The translations under genes and the position numbers were made by a program. Below the pieces are notes generated by a model. That model made no database searches. It saw only the letters and a list, made by a program, of their open reading frames with translations, and was not told the origin of the DNA. From assembly GCA_027078545.1 (NCBI GenBank), contig JALWXN010000004.1:512001-576000 (forward strand): a stretch of 64,000 nt of DNA, given 5' to 3'. Positions 10,908 to 22,431 of the stretch are shown here, in pieces; position 1 is the first letter of the stretch; each line of letters begins with the position of its first letter. This DNA is from Nitrososphaeria archaeon. GTDB taxonomy: Archaea > Thermoproteota > Nitrososphaeria > Geothermarchaeales > JDFR-13.

Positions 10908-13900
10908 ATTCCAACCCTTCCTAGTCTGGTTTTAACCCTCGATGAACTTCCTTATCTTCTCTACGAGATTCTTCTTTCAACCCTTCCTAGTCTGGTTCTA
11001 ACAGTGAAGATGAGTGATAATAGAGTGAAGTATAAGATCCCACTTTCAACCCTTCCTAGTCTGGTTCTAACTCGATCCTTCCTTCCAGCTCTTCGATTCT
11101 TTCGATGAGTTCTTTCAACCCTTCCTAGTCTGGTTCTAACTAAGAGAATAGACATTGGCAGTCATCATATTGACTTGTTGTCTTTCAACCCTTCCTAGTC
11201 TGGTTCTAACTGGATGCTTCTCTGGAGACCCCTCCACAAACCGGGTCTCCTTTCAACCCTTCCTAGTCTGGTTCTAACGGATTACCGACAAACTCACTAC
11301 CTTCCTTTCTCGGCTTCTTTCAACCCTTCCTAGTCTGGTTCTAACATCCTTAGCATGCTCAACATACTCAAGAGCAAGTGCACTTTCAACCCTTCCTAGT
11401 CTGGTTCTAACATACTCCGTAGAGTCCTACCAGGCGGAGTAACAATAGTGCTTTCAACCCTTCCTAGTCTGGTTCTAACTCAAAAGGAACATGAGGCGGT
11501 TGTATATGAGTTGTTTCACTTTCAACCCTTCCTAGTCTGGTTCTAACTTGAAGAAGGGTTAGAAGAGGCGACAATCGACGTATTCCTTTCAACCCTTCCT
11601 AGTCTGGTTCTAACTTTGGGATGTCCAGTGCCAGATGAGGAAAGCATGGGAATCGCCTTTCAACCCTTCCTAGTCTGGTTCTAACCAAGAAAGCATTTTC
11701 GACGCACGATAGTTCTCATGCCCACGCTTTCAACCCTTCCTAGTCTGGTTCTAACGCTTTGACTATTACCATGAAGCGTCGTAAATCCTCTTCTCTTTCA
11801 ACCCTTCCTAGTCTGGTTCTAACGCTCTCTTGACACCTTGGGATGCCTACAAGGACTTGTTAGCTTTCAACCCTTCCTAGTCTGGTTCTAACGTGATCTC
11901 GATCGTGTCTGCGATGATGATGTCTGAGTACTTTCAACCCTTCCTAGTCTGGTTCTAACCCTCGTGGATGGCTGGGTATATCCTGACGGGCAGGGCGTCT
12001 GTACTTTCAACCCTTCCTAGTCTGGTTCTAACACAGAGCCGATCAGGAAGACCGCTAGACCAACCCCGCCACCATCTTTCAACCCTTCCTAGTCTGGTTC
12101 TAACCCAGACCCCGCCCCTACCCAGTCCTCTTAGTTAGTTTACTTTCAACCCTTCCTAGTCTGGTTCTAACTCTTGATGTCAAGGAAAACGAGAGCATAC
12201 TGGTAAATACAATAAACTTTCAACCCTTCCTAGTCTGGTTCTAACCGGTATTTCCCTTCCACCAGTGCCGTTTCGAGTATGTCCTTTCAACCCTTCCTAG
12301 TCTGGTTCTAACTCTGAGCGACCCTCCTGCCGTTGGCTCATGGACATAGCTCCTTTCAACCCTTCCTAGTCTGGTTCTAACTTGTTGAAGCACTCTTGAC
12401 ATAGATTGTTACTATACCCTTCTTTCAACCCTTCCTAGTCTGGTTCTAACCGAACAACCCCCAAAACCCAACCGCCGAAAAAACCAAGAATTCTTTCAAC
12501 CCTTCCTAGTCTGGTTCTAACTCATTACCCTCTTGGAGTCGCTGAATAATGCCAGACCGACTCTTTCAACCCTTCCTAGTCTGGTTCTAACCGAGGTCAT
12601 AACTGAGGTATCGCTCACAGCGGGTGAGATCGCTTTCAACCCTTCCTAGTCTGGTTCTAACGCCAGGGAGGGGGCGACATTCATGTCGATAGTTCATATG
12701 CACCTTTCAACCCTTCCTAGTCTGGTTCTAACTGTCCATAGAAAATTTAACTAGGAAGATAGATAGATTACTACTTTCAACCCTTCCTAGTCTGGTTCTA
12801 ACCTTAGATGACATGATAGAGGAAACTATTCAGCGGTTGGCTTTCAACCCTTCCTAGTCTGGTTCTAACGGGAACTCACTAGGGCGGAAATACCTGTCCA
12901 CCGCATCATGCTTTCAACCCTTCCTAGTCTGGTTCTAACTATCATTTTCCCGACAAATAAGCCGCTTATCATCAATGCTGCTTTCAACCCTTCCTAGTCT
13001 GGTTCTAACAGTCTGATTACATACTTACAGGTATGCTAGTATCGGGGGTTGACTTTCAACCCTTCCTAGTCTGGTTCTAACATACGATTTCGATCGATGT
13101 ATGTCAGTAGCTCGTCCAGTTCTTTCAACCCTTCCTAGTCTGGTTCTAACATCGAATACGGCGTCCGTGATGGTCGGAAACCAGAACGCCCCTTTCAACC
13201 CTTCCTAGTCTGGTTCTAACTTCAGTACCCGCTTCAATTGTTTTGAGTTTCAACAAAACTGACTTTCAACCCTTCCTAGTCTGGTTCTAACGGTACTTAG
13301 AGTGGGGTGGCGAATCTATAAAAACTACAGAACTTTCAACCCTTCCTAGTCTGGTTCTAACTATGGGATTTGAAGGTTGTTTGGAGGGCTGGGTTGGTTT
13401 TACTTTCAACCCTTCCTAGTCTGGTTCTAACTTGGATGCGTAGGTCAGCTACAAAAGGGTTTCATATTTTGACTTTCAACCCTTCCTAGTCTGGTTCTAA
13501 CACTGTTAATCGGCAAGGTTGCTGAAATTTATTGCAATTATAAGCTTTCAACCCTTCCTAGTCTGGTTCTAACACTCATATCGACATCGTGCTGTTGACA
13601 CCAGTCCTTGAACTCTTTCAACCCTTCCTAGTCTGGTTCTAACTAATTAGTCCCCCGAACTCATCTACTATCCAGTAAACGTTTCTTTCAACCCTTCCTA
13701 GTCTGGTTCTAACTTTTAAACTCCTCTCCAGTATTGCCGAGGTCGCTATCCCATCTTTCAACCCTTCCTAGTCTGGTTCTAACATCTAGAAGACCAAGAC
13801 CAGAACCTCCTGTAGAGAAGCCCTTTCAACCCTTCCTAGTCTGGTTCTAACGTCTGCCTCACCACCATGTATTATTTCTACCTGACTTTTGTCTTTCAAC

Positions 13901-16155
13901 CCTTCCTAGTCTGGTTCTAACGATAAGCTCTTCAACGAGTCAAATGTTCCCGAGTAGTTCCTTTCAACCCTTCCTAGTCTGGTTCTAACGCGTGAGACCC
14001 TGCTCCCCTGTCTCCACGACCTGACATATCTCTTTCAACCCTTCCTAGTCTGGTTCTAACACGTTTGCTCGGGCTCTTCCAGCCAGACCCGGCCGTATCG
14101 TCTTTCAACCCTTCCTAGTCTGGTTCTAACGTGATATGATACCTAACACCCGTAGCTGATTTTCAGTTGTCCTTTCAACCCTTCCTAGTCTGGTTCTAAC
14201 CGCCAGTTCCCCACTCGACATCCCGAACCGACCCCCCAGGGGAGCTTTCAACCCTTCCTAGTCTGGTTCTAACAAGATGATGTTGTTGAAACTCGGCAAT
14301 GCGAACTTGTTGTTCTTTCAACCCTTCCTAGTCTGGTTCTAACTACCTTGATTCAGACCTTGTCCTATATACTCGTGTACAAGGCTTTCAACCCTTCCTA
14401 GTCTGGTTCTAACGTAAACTTGTATGAATCTCACGACTACACCACTTGGAATCTTTCAACCCTTCCTAGTCTGGTTCTAACTACCACTTTTCTGGCTACC
14501 TCTCACCTGAAACCTTGTTCCAGCTTTCAACCCTTCCTAGTCTGGTTCTAACACAGTTTCTCAGTTGACATGAGTCTGTAGGTGGCTGACTAGGCTTTCA
14601 ACCCTTCCTAGTCTGGTTCTAACATGACCCCCGGTACGAATATCCTGTATCTACCATTTGGATCCTTTCAACCCTTCCTAGTCTGGTTCTAACTCCCTAT
14701 ATACCTTATATAAGGGTAATAGGGTCTATCATATACTTTCAACCCTTCCTAGTCTGGTTCTAACGAGCTATACTTCTTCAGAAAAATCAACGCAAAGACT
14801 TTCTACCTTTCAACCCTTCCTAGTCTGGTTCTAACCACACTTCTGCGACTAACCGGGAGGAAGAGCCACGAATTAGCTTTCAACCCTTCCTAGTCTGGTT
14901 CTAACTTTAGTCTTCTGGTTCACCCTGATTGTCAGTTGGTAGTCCTTTCAACCCTTCCTAGTCTGGTTCTAACGTTTACGCCTTTATCCCATCCCATTTA
15001 TTCTCACCTAAACCTTTCAACCCTTCCTAGTCTGGTTCTAACTCAACCCAAACAACCCAGGAAAACCCGCACCCCAAAAATCTTTCAACCCTTCCTAGTC
15101 TGGTTCTAACTGGTCAGGGTAGGTGGCGGTGGAGCGAAGGCAGAGGATATCCTTTCAACCCTTCCTAGTCTGGTTCTAACATTGAAATGTACCTAAACCG
15201 TGTAGGCGATAAAGAGAACTCCTTTCAACCCTTCCTAGTCTGGTTCTAACCTTGATTTTGAGGGATCGATATGCTACCAAAAAGATTCAGAATCTTTCAA
15301 CCCTTCCTAGTCTGGTTCTAACTTGGCGGGGGTGATGGGATGAAGTTGCTTAGACTTGGTGTGGTCTCTTTCAACCCTTCCTAGTCTGGTTCTAACTGCT
15401 CGACCTTCAGAGCCTGATCGAGCCTGGGCAGAAGGTGCTTTCAACCCTTCCTAGTCTGGTTCTAACGTAAGACTAAGAACATCACATTGACTGGTCAACA
15501 GTTACTTTCAACCCTTCCTAGTCTGGTTCTAACTGATACTGGGATGGCGAGCGACAACTCAGCCCCGATCTTCCTTTCAACCCTTCCTAGTCTGGTTCTA
15601 ACGTATTCTGGGCGGTGAGCATGGTTTCTAGATAGATCCTACCTTTCAACCCTTCCTAGTCTGGTTCTAACCCAACCTCCTTCTGATAGCATCTTTAACA
15701 AATTCAGCTACTTTCAACCCTTCCTAGTCTGGTTCTAACCTGGTTCTGCTGCTTTCGGGCCTTTTCCTGGGGATGTTCTTCTTTCAACCCTTCCTAGTCT
15801 GGTTCTAACTAACTATGGCGGGATTCCTGACATAACGTGAAGACTGAATCTTTCAACCCTTCCTAGTCTGGTTCTAACATTTCAATCAGTTCAAAAACAC
15901 GATGCGTAAAGTGTACACTTTCAACCCTTCCTAGTCTGGTTCTAACGGGAGCTCGAAGTCCTGCGAAGATGAGTTCCCGACCATCACTTTCAACCCTTCC
16001 TAGTCTGGTTCTAACTCTGAAGACCCGTCACCAGCACCAGGATCAGTACCGCTGCCCTTTCAACCCTTCCTAGTCTGGTTCTAACCAAGGAGGTGGATGG
16101 CCTTCGTCTACTCCTCTACACGAATCCTTTCAACCCTTCCTAGTCTGGTTCTAAC
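10908..16155 (-). CRISPR. CRISPR array 2: about 76 repeats / 75 spacers (about 37-45 nt), repeat GTTAGAACCAGACTAGGAAGGGTTGAAAG
   Basis: CTTTCAACCCTTCCTAGTCTGGTTCTAAC repeats on +. The degenerate copy is at the left end and the leader at the right, so it is transcribed on -. Confidence 0.98.
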
Positions 16156-16298
16156 CCGTGGCTTTTCTTTTGTTTCTACATAGATGTTTTTGGTGTTTCT
16201 ATTATTTAAGTTTTATGTGTGTCAAACCTCTGATCCTGCAGGGGGTTTATAAAGATGTGACGCAGAAAAGTATATAAACCCTTATAAAGGGGGGTCTT
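16156..16298 (-). promoter_or_regulatory. Array 2 leader
   Basis: 143-nt AT-rich segment with TATA-like boxes, near-identical to 37995-38137. Confidence 0.88.
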
Positions 16299-16325
16299 GG
16301 ATCTAGGCTTCTTCTGTCGTTGTCG

Positions 16326-18233
16326 CTATGTGTCTTTGGTGTTCTGTGTGGTTTTTTCTTCTTTGTCCTCGTCCTTGTCTTTGATCCCTAGTTTTTCTTT
16401 GATCCATTTGATTTTTAGTTCTAGTCTTTTTTTCCTGTGTCTTGGCTGGGCTAGGACGCTGTGTCCGTGGCTTCCCTTTAGGAAGACTAGTAGTAGGGAC
16501 TCTTTCTTATGGGTTCTGAGGGCTAGGTGCATTGCCAGTGCCTGGTCTATGTAGCAGCGGTAGTCCTCTAGGCTGTGGATTATGAGTACTGGTGTCTTCA
16601 CCCTGTGGGCGTGGTAGGCGGGGCTCTTCTCCACATATTTCTCCAGGTTGTCTAGCGGTGTCCCGCCTATCTGGTCTGGGTTGAACCAGTATCCTATGTC
16701 TGATGCCCAGTAGTCTGCTATCCAGTCGGCTATCCCGTTCTCGCTCACGGCTGCCTTGAATAGGTCTGTCTGGGTTATTATCCAGTTGGTCATGTAGCCG
16801 CCGTAGCTTATCCCGGTGACGGCTGTCTTCTCCCTGTCGACTGGGTATCTCTCCATGACCTCCTCGACGAACCTCATTATCTGTCTATAGTCGATCTCTC
16901 CGTAGCGCCCCCTTATATCGGCGAACTCCTCTGTGTAGCCCTCGCTCCCATGTGGGTTGCAATATGCAACCAGGAAGCCCTGGCTAGCCATTAGCTGCAT
17001 CTCTGGGTGGAAGTAGTAGCCGTACATCCCCTTTGGCCCGCCGTGGATATAGAGTATCAATGGGTATGGCCCATCCCCATCAGGCTTGATGACCCAGCCG
17101 TCGATCTCCTCCCCCTCGGCCTCTATGGTGAGCTTCTCCGGCCTATATAGCTTGGCCTCCTCCACGAGCCATGTGTTGAGGCTCGTGACCCTCTCCTCCA
17201 CCTCCTCGCCATACCTGTAGATCTCTGGCGGCTCTGTCGGGCTGGACATGACGTAGTATAGGTGTCTACCCCTTGCCGATGCCTGTATAACGTATTTCTC
17301 ACCCCTTACGAGGTCCTCTATCCTGCCGCCCCTATACCTCGCCAGGACGGACATGCCGGCGTCGCTGTAGGTTATGACTGGGTCCCCCATGTAGTCGCCG
17401 TGGATCCCGGTTATATCCCTGTCTAGGATGCCGCAGGAGAGGCATTCAGGCATGTTGTTGTATAGCATGTATAGCCGTCCATGGCTTGATATCCCTATCT
17501 CGAAGCGGTGTCCGAGGAAGTATAGCTTCTCGCCGATGGATCTCGGCCTGTATATATGCATGTCGCTGAGGATCTCCCTACTCTCCCCGGTCTTGGGATC
17601 GAGGACCTTAAGCTTGTTCTTGAGGGGGTTTATCCAGTCCTCATATATCGTGTAGTATATCCTGCCCATGTGTACCTCGTATTCGAGGACTCCGTGCTCC
17701 TCCTCCGTGAGCCTCTTCACGTGGCCCGACTCAACCTCCACCCTGTATAGCTGGTCCCTCCTACCGGCTATTATCCCCATCCTGTCGAACCAGAGTGGGG
17801 CGTTATCGGTGTAGACGTAGTCGCCGTCCGGGTCGTAGCCGTCGGCCTCCTCCCCAGCCTGGACGATCAGTGTCTTACCGTCGAGCCACTCCACACCGGA
17901 GACCCCGTGTTTGAACCATGCCACGAGCCTGGGCTCGCCGCCCCTACCCACCACGTAGACGCCGTTACCCTCCTTCTTATCCTCATCCCTCCTGCTTATG
18001 AATGCTAGGAGCTCACCGTCCGGGCTCCATGAGGGAGCGGCGTCGTCCTTCCCCTGGAAATAGGTCTCGCCCCCGTCTCTCCATAGGATCCTTATCTCCC
18101 CCTGGTACTTGTTGTCCTCTGGCCTGGGGACTGATACTGTGTAGGCTAGGTCGCCCTTAGCCGAGACATCTAGTAGGCCTATCCTGTTTAGTCGTATAAC
18201 GTCGTCTATCTCGAGCCTCCTCATACCCCTCAT
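16326..18233 (-). CDS. S9 family (acylaminoacyl/prolyl oligo) peptidase
   Basis: Beta-propeller WSPDG repeats, IHGGP, GISYGG nucleophile, DYRC and HGH triad residues. Confidence 0.93.
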   Translation of the reverse strand: MRGMRRLEIDDVIRLNRIGLLDVSAKGDLAYTVSVPRPEDNKYQGEIRILWRDGGETYFQGKDDAAPSWSPDGELLAFISRRDEDKKEGNGVYVVGRGGEPRLVAWFKHGVSGVEWLDGKTLIVQAGEEADGYDPDGDYVYTDNAPLWFDRMGIIAGRRDQLYRVEVESGHVKRLTEEEHGVLEYEVHMGRIYYTIYEDWINPLKNKLKVLDPKTGESREILSDMHIYRPRSIGEKLYFLGHRFEIGISSHGRLYMLYNNMPECLSCGILDRDITGIHGDYMGDPVITYSDAGMSVLARYRGGRIEDLVRGEKYVIQASARGRHLYYVMSSPTEPPEIYRYGEEVEERVTSLNTWLVEEAKLYRPEKLTIEAEGEEIDGWVIKPDGDGPYPLILYIHGGPKGMYGYYFHPEMQLMASQGFLVAYCNPHGSEGYTEEFADIRGRYGEIDYRQIMRFVEEVMERYPVDREKTAVTGISYGGYMTNWIITQTDLFKAAVSENGIADWIADYWASDIGYWFNPDQIGGTPLDNLEKYVEKSPAYHAHRVKTPVLIIHSLEDYRCYIDQALAMHLALRTHKKESLLLVFLKGSHGHSVLAQPRHRKKRLELKIKWIKEKLGIKDKDEDKEEKTTQNTKDT

Positions 18234-18264
18234 TATTGGCGCTAGGCCCGTGATAAATCCGGCT

Positions 18265-19908
18265 CTACATATCCATGTGGGGCCTCGACATCCAGTCCAG
18301 CTCTATAGCTACGAACCATATCGTCACTATCCACATCGCGATGGCTATCACTATCTCTATGGCTAGGTTGAGCCTCCTCTGCCTCACCAGTGTACCGGCC
18401 CCATGTATCCTGGGTAGTACCCTGTAGGATAGTATGGTGGTACATGTCATTAGGAAGGCCATGGCGAGTGTGTTTGCCGCACCTGTGAGTAGTATCAGCC
18501 CCCCGGGCTGGGAGAGCATTATCTGGGGTATGGCTATGGAGGTGTAGGCTATCCATGAGAGGTAGTAGGTCTTGGTGTAGCCTATCCCCCTCCTAGCCGC
18601 GAGGTAGATTATGGAGGGTATCATTACGAGGTAGAAGATGAGGATTACGTAGGATACGGGTGGGGATAGGGGTTTGAGCATCCGGAAGTGGAAGAGTACC
18701 TCTGAACCCATCGTGGCTAGGGCTGTGGGGATGGAGAGTATGAGTATCAGCTTGGGGAGTAGGTGGGGGTCGTCGCCATACTCCTCCCTCACCACGACGT
18801 AGGACGTCTCCGCCATGAACCGGCTGAACAGGTCTCCAGCCACTAGGTATATGTCGAAGAGGAATAGGAAGGCTATTGCTAGGAATGCTACCCTGCCGTA
18901 TACGCCGTAGAGCGTCTCCATCCACTGGCTCTGTATCTCCACCAGCTCATAGTCCCTTGGGAGGGTCACCCCTCTAGGTACGAGTATCGAGTAGGTGAGT
19001 AGTGTTGTGAGTATTATCGTGAAGGTGTTGAGGGAGACGCCTATCAGGTTGTCCGTCCATAGCCAGTTGACCCACCTCCTCCACTCCTCCCTATCCTCCT
19101 CGGTCTCGACTACGAAGTCGTAGCCCGACTCTGGCATCGCCTCCGGGGCGCCTGTCAATGGGCTCCTTATCCTGCCTACATGCCTAGCCTGTCCATAGCC
19201 CTTTTCCCTCACCCAGTAGCTGTAGGCGAGGTTCCATATCCCCCCTGCCCCCGTATAGGCCATGAGGGTTACCCACGTCTTATAGTCCTCCATCTCCCAG
19301 CCGGGGAAGGGTGGCCAGTTGAACTGTGTGAAGCCTGTTAGATAGTCGGGTAGTGCCCTGGCAACGTCCGGGCTTATCAGGGCCACCGCCAGTAATCCGC
19401 CCATGGCCGTTACTGCTGCGAATGACTCGATCGCCTCTATCACCCTGTATACCGAGGGCCCTATCAAGACGACTATCATTGTTATGAGTACCACTATGAG
19501 GGACCAGAGCCTGACACCCTCTACTGGGGAGCCGGGTGGATAGTTGGTGAGTGAGTATATGGCTGAGGCAGCCGCACCTGCGTAGCCACCTACCCATGTG
19601 AAGATCATGGATATCAGGATGACCGTTGCCCAGCCGACCCTCCTGTCGAGCCTGAAGAGCCCTGTTATTATCCCCTCGCCAGTGGCCAGTGTATACCTCC
19701 CTATCTCCTGGTTATACCATACCTGTATCGCTGAGAAGATTAGGAGCCAGCCTAGGAAGGATATTCCATACTTCGCCACCATGTAGGGCCACCATATCAG
19801 CTCCCCACTCCCCTGGCTAAGCCCCGCCCAGACTAGTCCAGGCCCCAGTACAGCAGCTACTCCCGGGAAGTATGGTATCCTCCTTCTCCTGAGGGGCTTC
19901 AGTGTCAT
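18265..19908 (-). CDS. Nramp-like (APC superfamily) membrane transporter
   Basis: LGPGLVW.G...GSGELIWWP...QEIGRYTLATGE and multiple TM helices. Confidence 0.8.
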   Translation of the reverse strand: MTLKPLRRRRIPYFPGVAAVLGPGLVWAGLSQGSGELIWWPYMVAKYGISFLGWLLIFSAIQVWYNQEIGRYTLATGEGIITGLFRLDRRVGWATVILISMIFTWVGGYAGAAASAIYSLTNYPPGSPVEGVRLWSLIVVLITMIVVLIGPSVYRVIEAIESFAAVTAMGGLLAVALISPDVARALPDYLTGFTQFNWPPFPGWEMEDYKTWVTLMAYTGAGGIWNLAYSYWVREKGYGQARHVGRIRSPLTGAPEAMPESGYDFVVETEEDREEWRRWVNWLWTDNLIGVSLNTFTIILTTLLTYSILVPRGVTLPRDYELVEIQSQWMETLYGVYGRVAFLAIAFLFLFDIYLVAGDLFSRFMAETSYVVVREEYGDDPHLLPKLILILSIPTALATMGSEVLFHFRMLKPLSPPVSYVILIFYLVMIPSIIYLAARRGIGYTKTYYLSWIAYTSIAIPQIMLSQPGGLILLTGAANTLAMAFLMTCTTILSYRVLPRIHGAGTLVRQRRLNLAIEIVIAIAMWIVTIWFVAIELDWMSRPHMDM

Positions 19909-19924
19909 CGCCCCACCTCTCTAT

Positions 19925-21043
19925 CTATCCCCTCAATAGGTCAGTCTCTATCTCGACGCCTATCCCTGGCCTGTCGCCCAGCGCCTCCTCGAGGTCTATA
20001 GCCCCATCCCTGACCTCCGGCCTACCCCTCCTGACGAGCCTGTCCCGTAGCTCCGCCTCTAGGCCGTCGATCTGTATGTAGGCGAGGCCCTCCTCCGCAG
20101 CAGCTAGGTGTAGGGTTGCGTAGAAGCCGTATAGGGAGGCGTAGTAGTGGGGGCTGTAGAGGACCTTGTTCTTCCTGACTATCTCTATCAGCTCCCTGGC
20201 TATGCGGTAGCCCCCTGTCTTGGATACGTCTGGCATATAGATGTCTATAAGTCTATACTTCTCGAAGAGCCTTAGGAGGTCATACCTGTCATATATGTTC
20301 TCCCCACCTGCTATCCACAGCTCGTCGAAGTTCATTATGGCTATCCTCTTCACCATGTCTAGGGCGCCTATGTCGTCCATGTAGACGGGCTCCTCGAACC
20401 ACTTTATCAGCTCGCCTACTTCCTTGAGGAGTGAGAGGGCCTCCTCCATCGTGTAGCCCATGTTGGCGTCGACCATCACCCTCTCTATCCCCGTAGCCTC
20501 CACGAACTGCCTCACCATCTCGATATCCCGCTCCAGGTCGAAGCCCACCCTGAGCTTGAAGTCCTCCACGCCCTTGTCCATCCATCCCCTTACCCTGTCA
20601 ATGTCTCCAGGGCCTAGGCCTGTAACGTATACCCTGGCTTCTCGGTTCTTCATCCCGCCTAGGAGCTGGTATACAGGCTTGTTCTCCATCCTGCCTAGTA
20701 GGTCGTGGAGAGCCATATCTATGCCTGACAATACCCTGGATATCGCGCCCTTCCCCCAGACCATGCGGAGGGGCTGTGTAGCCCTATAGAGGTGGTCGAG
20801 AGCCTCGTCAATGCTGCTCCATTCTCTATCCACAATTAGTCTGGAGAGCTCCTCAATGGCTGCTGTGGTCTCTATCACTCCCCACCTGGGGAATAGGCTG
20901 AATATCTCTCCCCAGCCCTCATACTCCCCCGAGACTATCTTGACGAAGAGGTAGGTCCTCTTATCCACCTCTCCATAGGAGAGCCTCAGTGGTCTGGGGG
21001 TCTTCTCCGTGGCTGTATAGATCTCTATCTCGTCTATCCTCAA
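19925..21043 (-). CDS. Mandelate racemase/muconate-lactonizing enolase-superfamily enzyme
   Basis: EGWGE, IDMALHDL.G....PVYQLLGG, KLR, VDAN, EEP, GEN and PD..K.GG, PH motifs. Confidence 0.92.
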   Translation of the reverse strand: MRIDEIEIYTATEKTPRPLRLSYGEVDKRTYLFVKIVSGEYEGWGEIFSLFPRWGVIETTAAIEELSRLIVDREWSSIDEALDHLYRATQPLRMVWGKGAISRVLSGIDMALHDLLGRMENKPVYQLLGGMKNREARVYVTGLGPGDIDRVRGWMDKGVEDFKLRVGFDLERDIEMVRQFVEATGIERVMVDANMGYTMEEALSLLKEVGELIKWFEEPVYMDDIGALDMVKRIAIMNFDELWIAGGENIYDRYDLLRLFEKYRLIDIYMPDVSKTGGYRIARELIEIVRKNKVLYSPHYYASLYGFYATLHLAAAEEGLAYIQIDGLEAELRDRLVRRGRPEVRDGAIDLEEALGDRPGIGVEIETDLLRG

Positions 21044-21050
21044 CAGGTCT

Positions 21051-21449
21051 TCACCCCTCGAGTATCTCGTATGGACTTGGCGTGGGCCACTCGGGTAGGA
21101 GTGGGACGAGCATCACCCCGCCTACAGCCACGTATCTAAGGGTCTCCCTCCCCGTATTGATGACCCGGTGCCTAGCGTTCACGGGTATATATACCGCGTC
21201 CCCAGCCGATATCTCGTGCCTCTCACCCTCGACCTCCACCACCCCACTTCCCTGGACTATGTAGTAGACCTCTTCACACCTATGCCTATGTAGGGGTGTG
21301 GAGTGACCCGGCTCGACCTCGACGAGGCCTAGGCATAGGGTCTTTACGTCGAAGCCCTGCTCGGGATAGATCAGTTTCCAGTCCCTCACCCCGGGCCTCT
21401 CCATGGGGGCTCCGGATACATACTCCTCTCTACGTATAACCACCCTCAT
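21051..21449 (-). CDS. Cupin domain protein
   Basis: PG...PLHRH..EEVYYIVQGSG and GD.VYIP....H.V.N cupin motifs. Confidence 0.92.
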   Translation of the reverse strand: MRVVIRREEYVSGAPMERPGVRDWKLIYPEQGFDVKTLCLGLVEVEPGHSTPLHRHRCEEVYYIVQGSGVVEVEGERHEISAGDAVYIPVNARHRVINTGRETLRYVAVGGVMLVPLLPEWPTPSPYEILEG

Positions 21450-21528
21450 AATACTGTAGATGCCCAGCCTATACTAATGAGGATCTTTACAGAGAGCCCC
21501 GTTTTATCTGTGGACGCCCTATTAATTC

Positions 21529-22362
21529 TTGATGACGCGCTGGCCATATGTGCTGGGCCTATCCATAGCTGTCCTCACTATCCTAGGCCTCCTACTCCCT
21601 AGGGACATCTCACTCCCCCTCTGGCTCGTGATGGATGTCCTAGGGGATGCGGAGGGCTATGTCGTCATAACCCTGGCACTGTACTTCCTCCTTAGCCCAA
21701 GGATAGGCTACTCCTCACTACTCATAATCCTTGTCAGTGGGCTTGTCAACATTTATCTGAAGGATCTGCTACGTATACCTAGGCCGGAGGATGCGTTGAT
21801 AGAGGCTGAGGGCTACTCCTTCCCGAGTGGCCATGCCCAGGTATCGGGCACCTTCTGGACGGCCCTCTACCTATTCCTCAAGAGCAGAGCCGTGGTGGTG
21901 ATCGGGGCTCCATACGTAGCCCTGATATCTGTCTCTAGGCTGGTCCTAGGAGTCCATACACCCGTCGATGTCCTGGGCGGCGTGGTGATAGGCTTCGTGG
22001 TGGGGCTCTCAGCACCATTCATCATTGAGCTTATCGACGAGTATCTATTGACGAGGTATGGTGTCCACGTGATCCTAGGTAGTATAGCCCTATTGATGTA
22101 TGTGGGGATGGGCTACGAGACGCTCCTAAAGATTGGGGGTGTCGCGCTCGGCATGGCCCTACACCACGTCTTCTACAGGGAGGACTTGGAGCTGGATATG
22201 AGGACTAGGCTACTAGGCTATGTGGGGTACCTAGTCCCCGCCTTCATACTCACTAGGCTGGCCATAGACCCTGTGACGACCTTCCTAGTCTTCCTAGTCA
22301 TAGGTGGCTTGGCACCGGTCTACTACTTCAGGTTCCTCCCCCGTATGGGTAGAGGGGGTTAG
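21529..22362 (+). CDS. PAP2 family membrane phosphatase
   Basis: K......RP, YSFPSGH and SRLVLGVHTPVD motifs. Confidence 0.92.
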   Translation: MMTRWPYVLGLSIAVLTILGLLLPRDISLPLWLVMDVLGDAEGYVVITLALYFLLSPRIGYSSLLIILVSGLVNIYLKDLLRIPRPEDALIEAEGYSFPSGHAQVSGTFWTALYLFLKSRAVVVIGAPYVALISVSRLVLGVHTPVDVLGGVVIGFVVGLSAPFIIELIDEYLLTRYGVHVILGSIALLMYVGMGYETLLKIGGVALGMALHHVFYREDLELDMRTRLLGYVGYLVPAFILTRLAIDPVTTFLVFLVIGGLAPVYYFRFLPRMGRGG

Positions 22363-22431
22363 GAATCTGCTTAAACACATGGTGATCCTGGGTAGCCACC
22401 CTATTTAAGCGTTGGGGGGATCAGGATATAC

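Noticed and set aside
9102-11155. Short ORFs inside or next to arrays 1 and 2 (also 37700-37903 in array 3)
   Set aside because: They are translations of repeat-spacer units or of skewed flank DNA.
15181-15917. Spacers beginning ATTGAAAT or ATTTCAATC, resembling CRISPR repeat ends
   Set aside because: Only 8-9 nt of similarity, which is expected by chance among more than 100 spacers.
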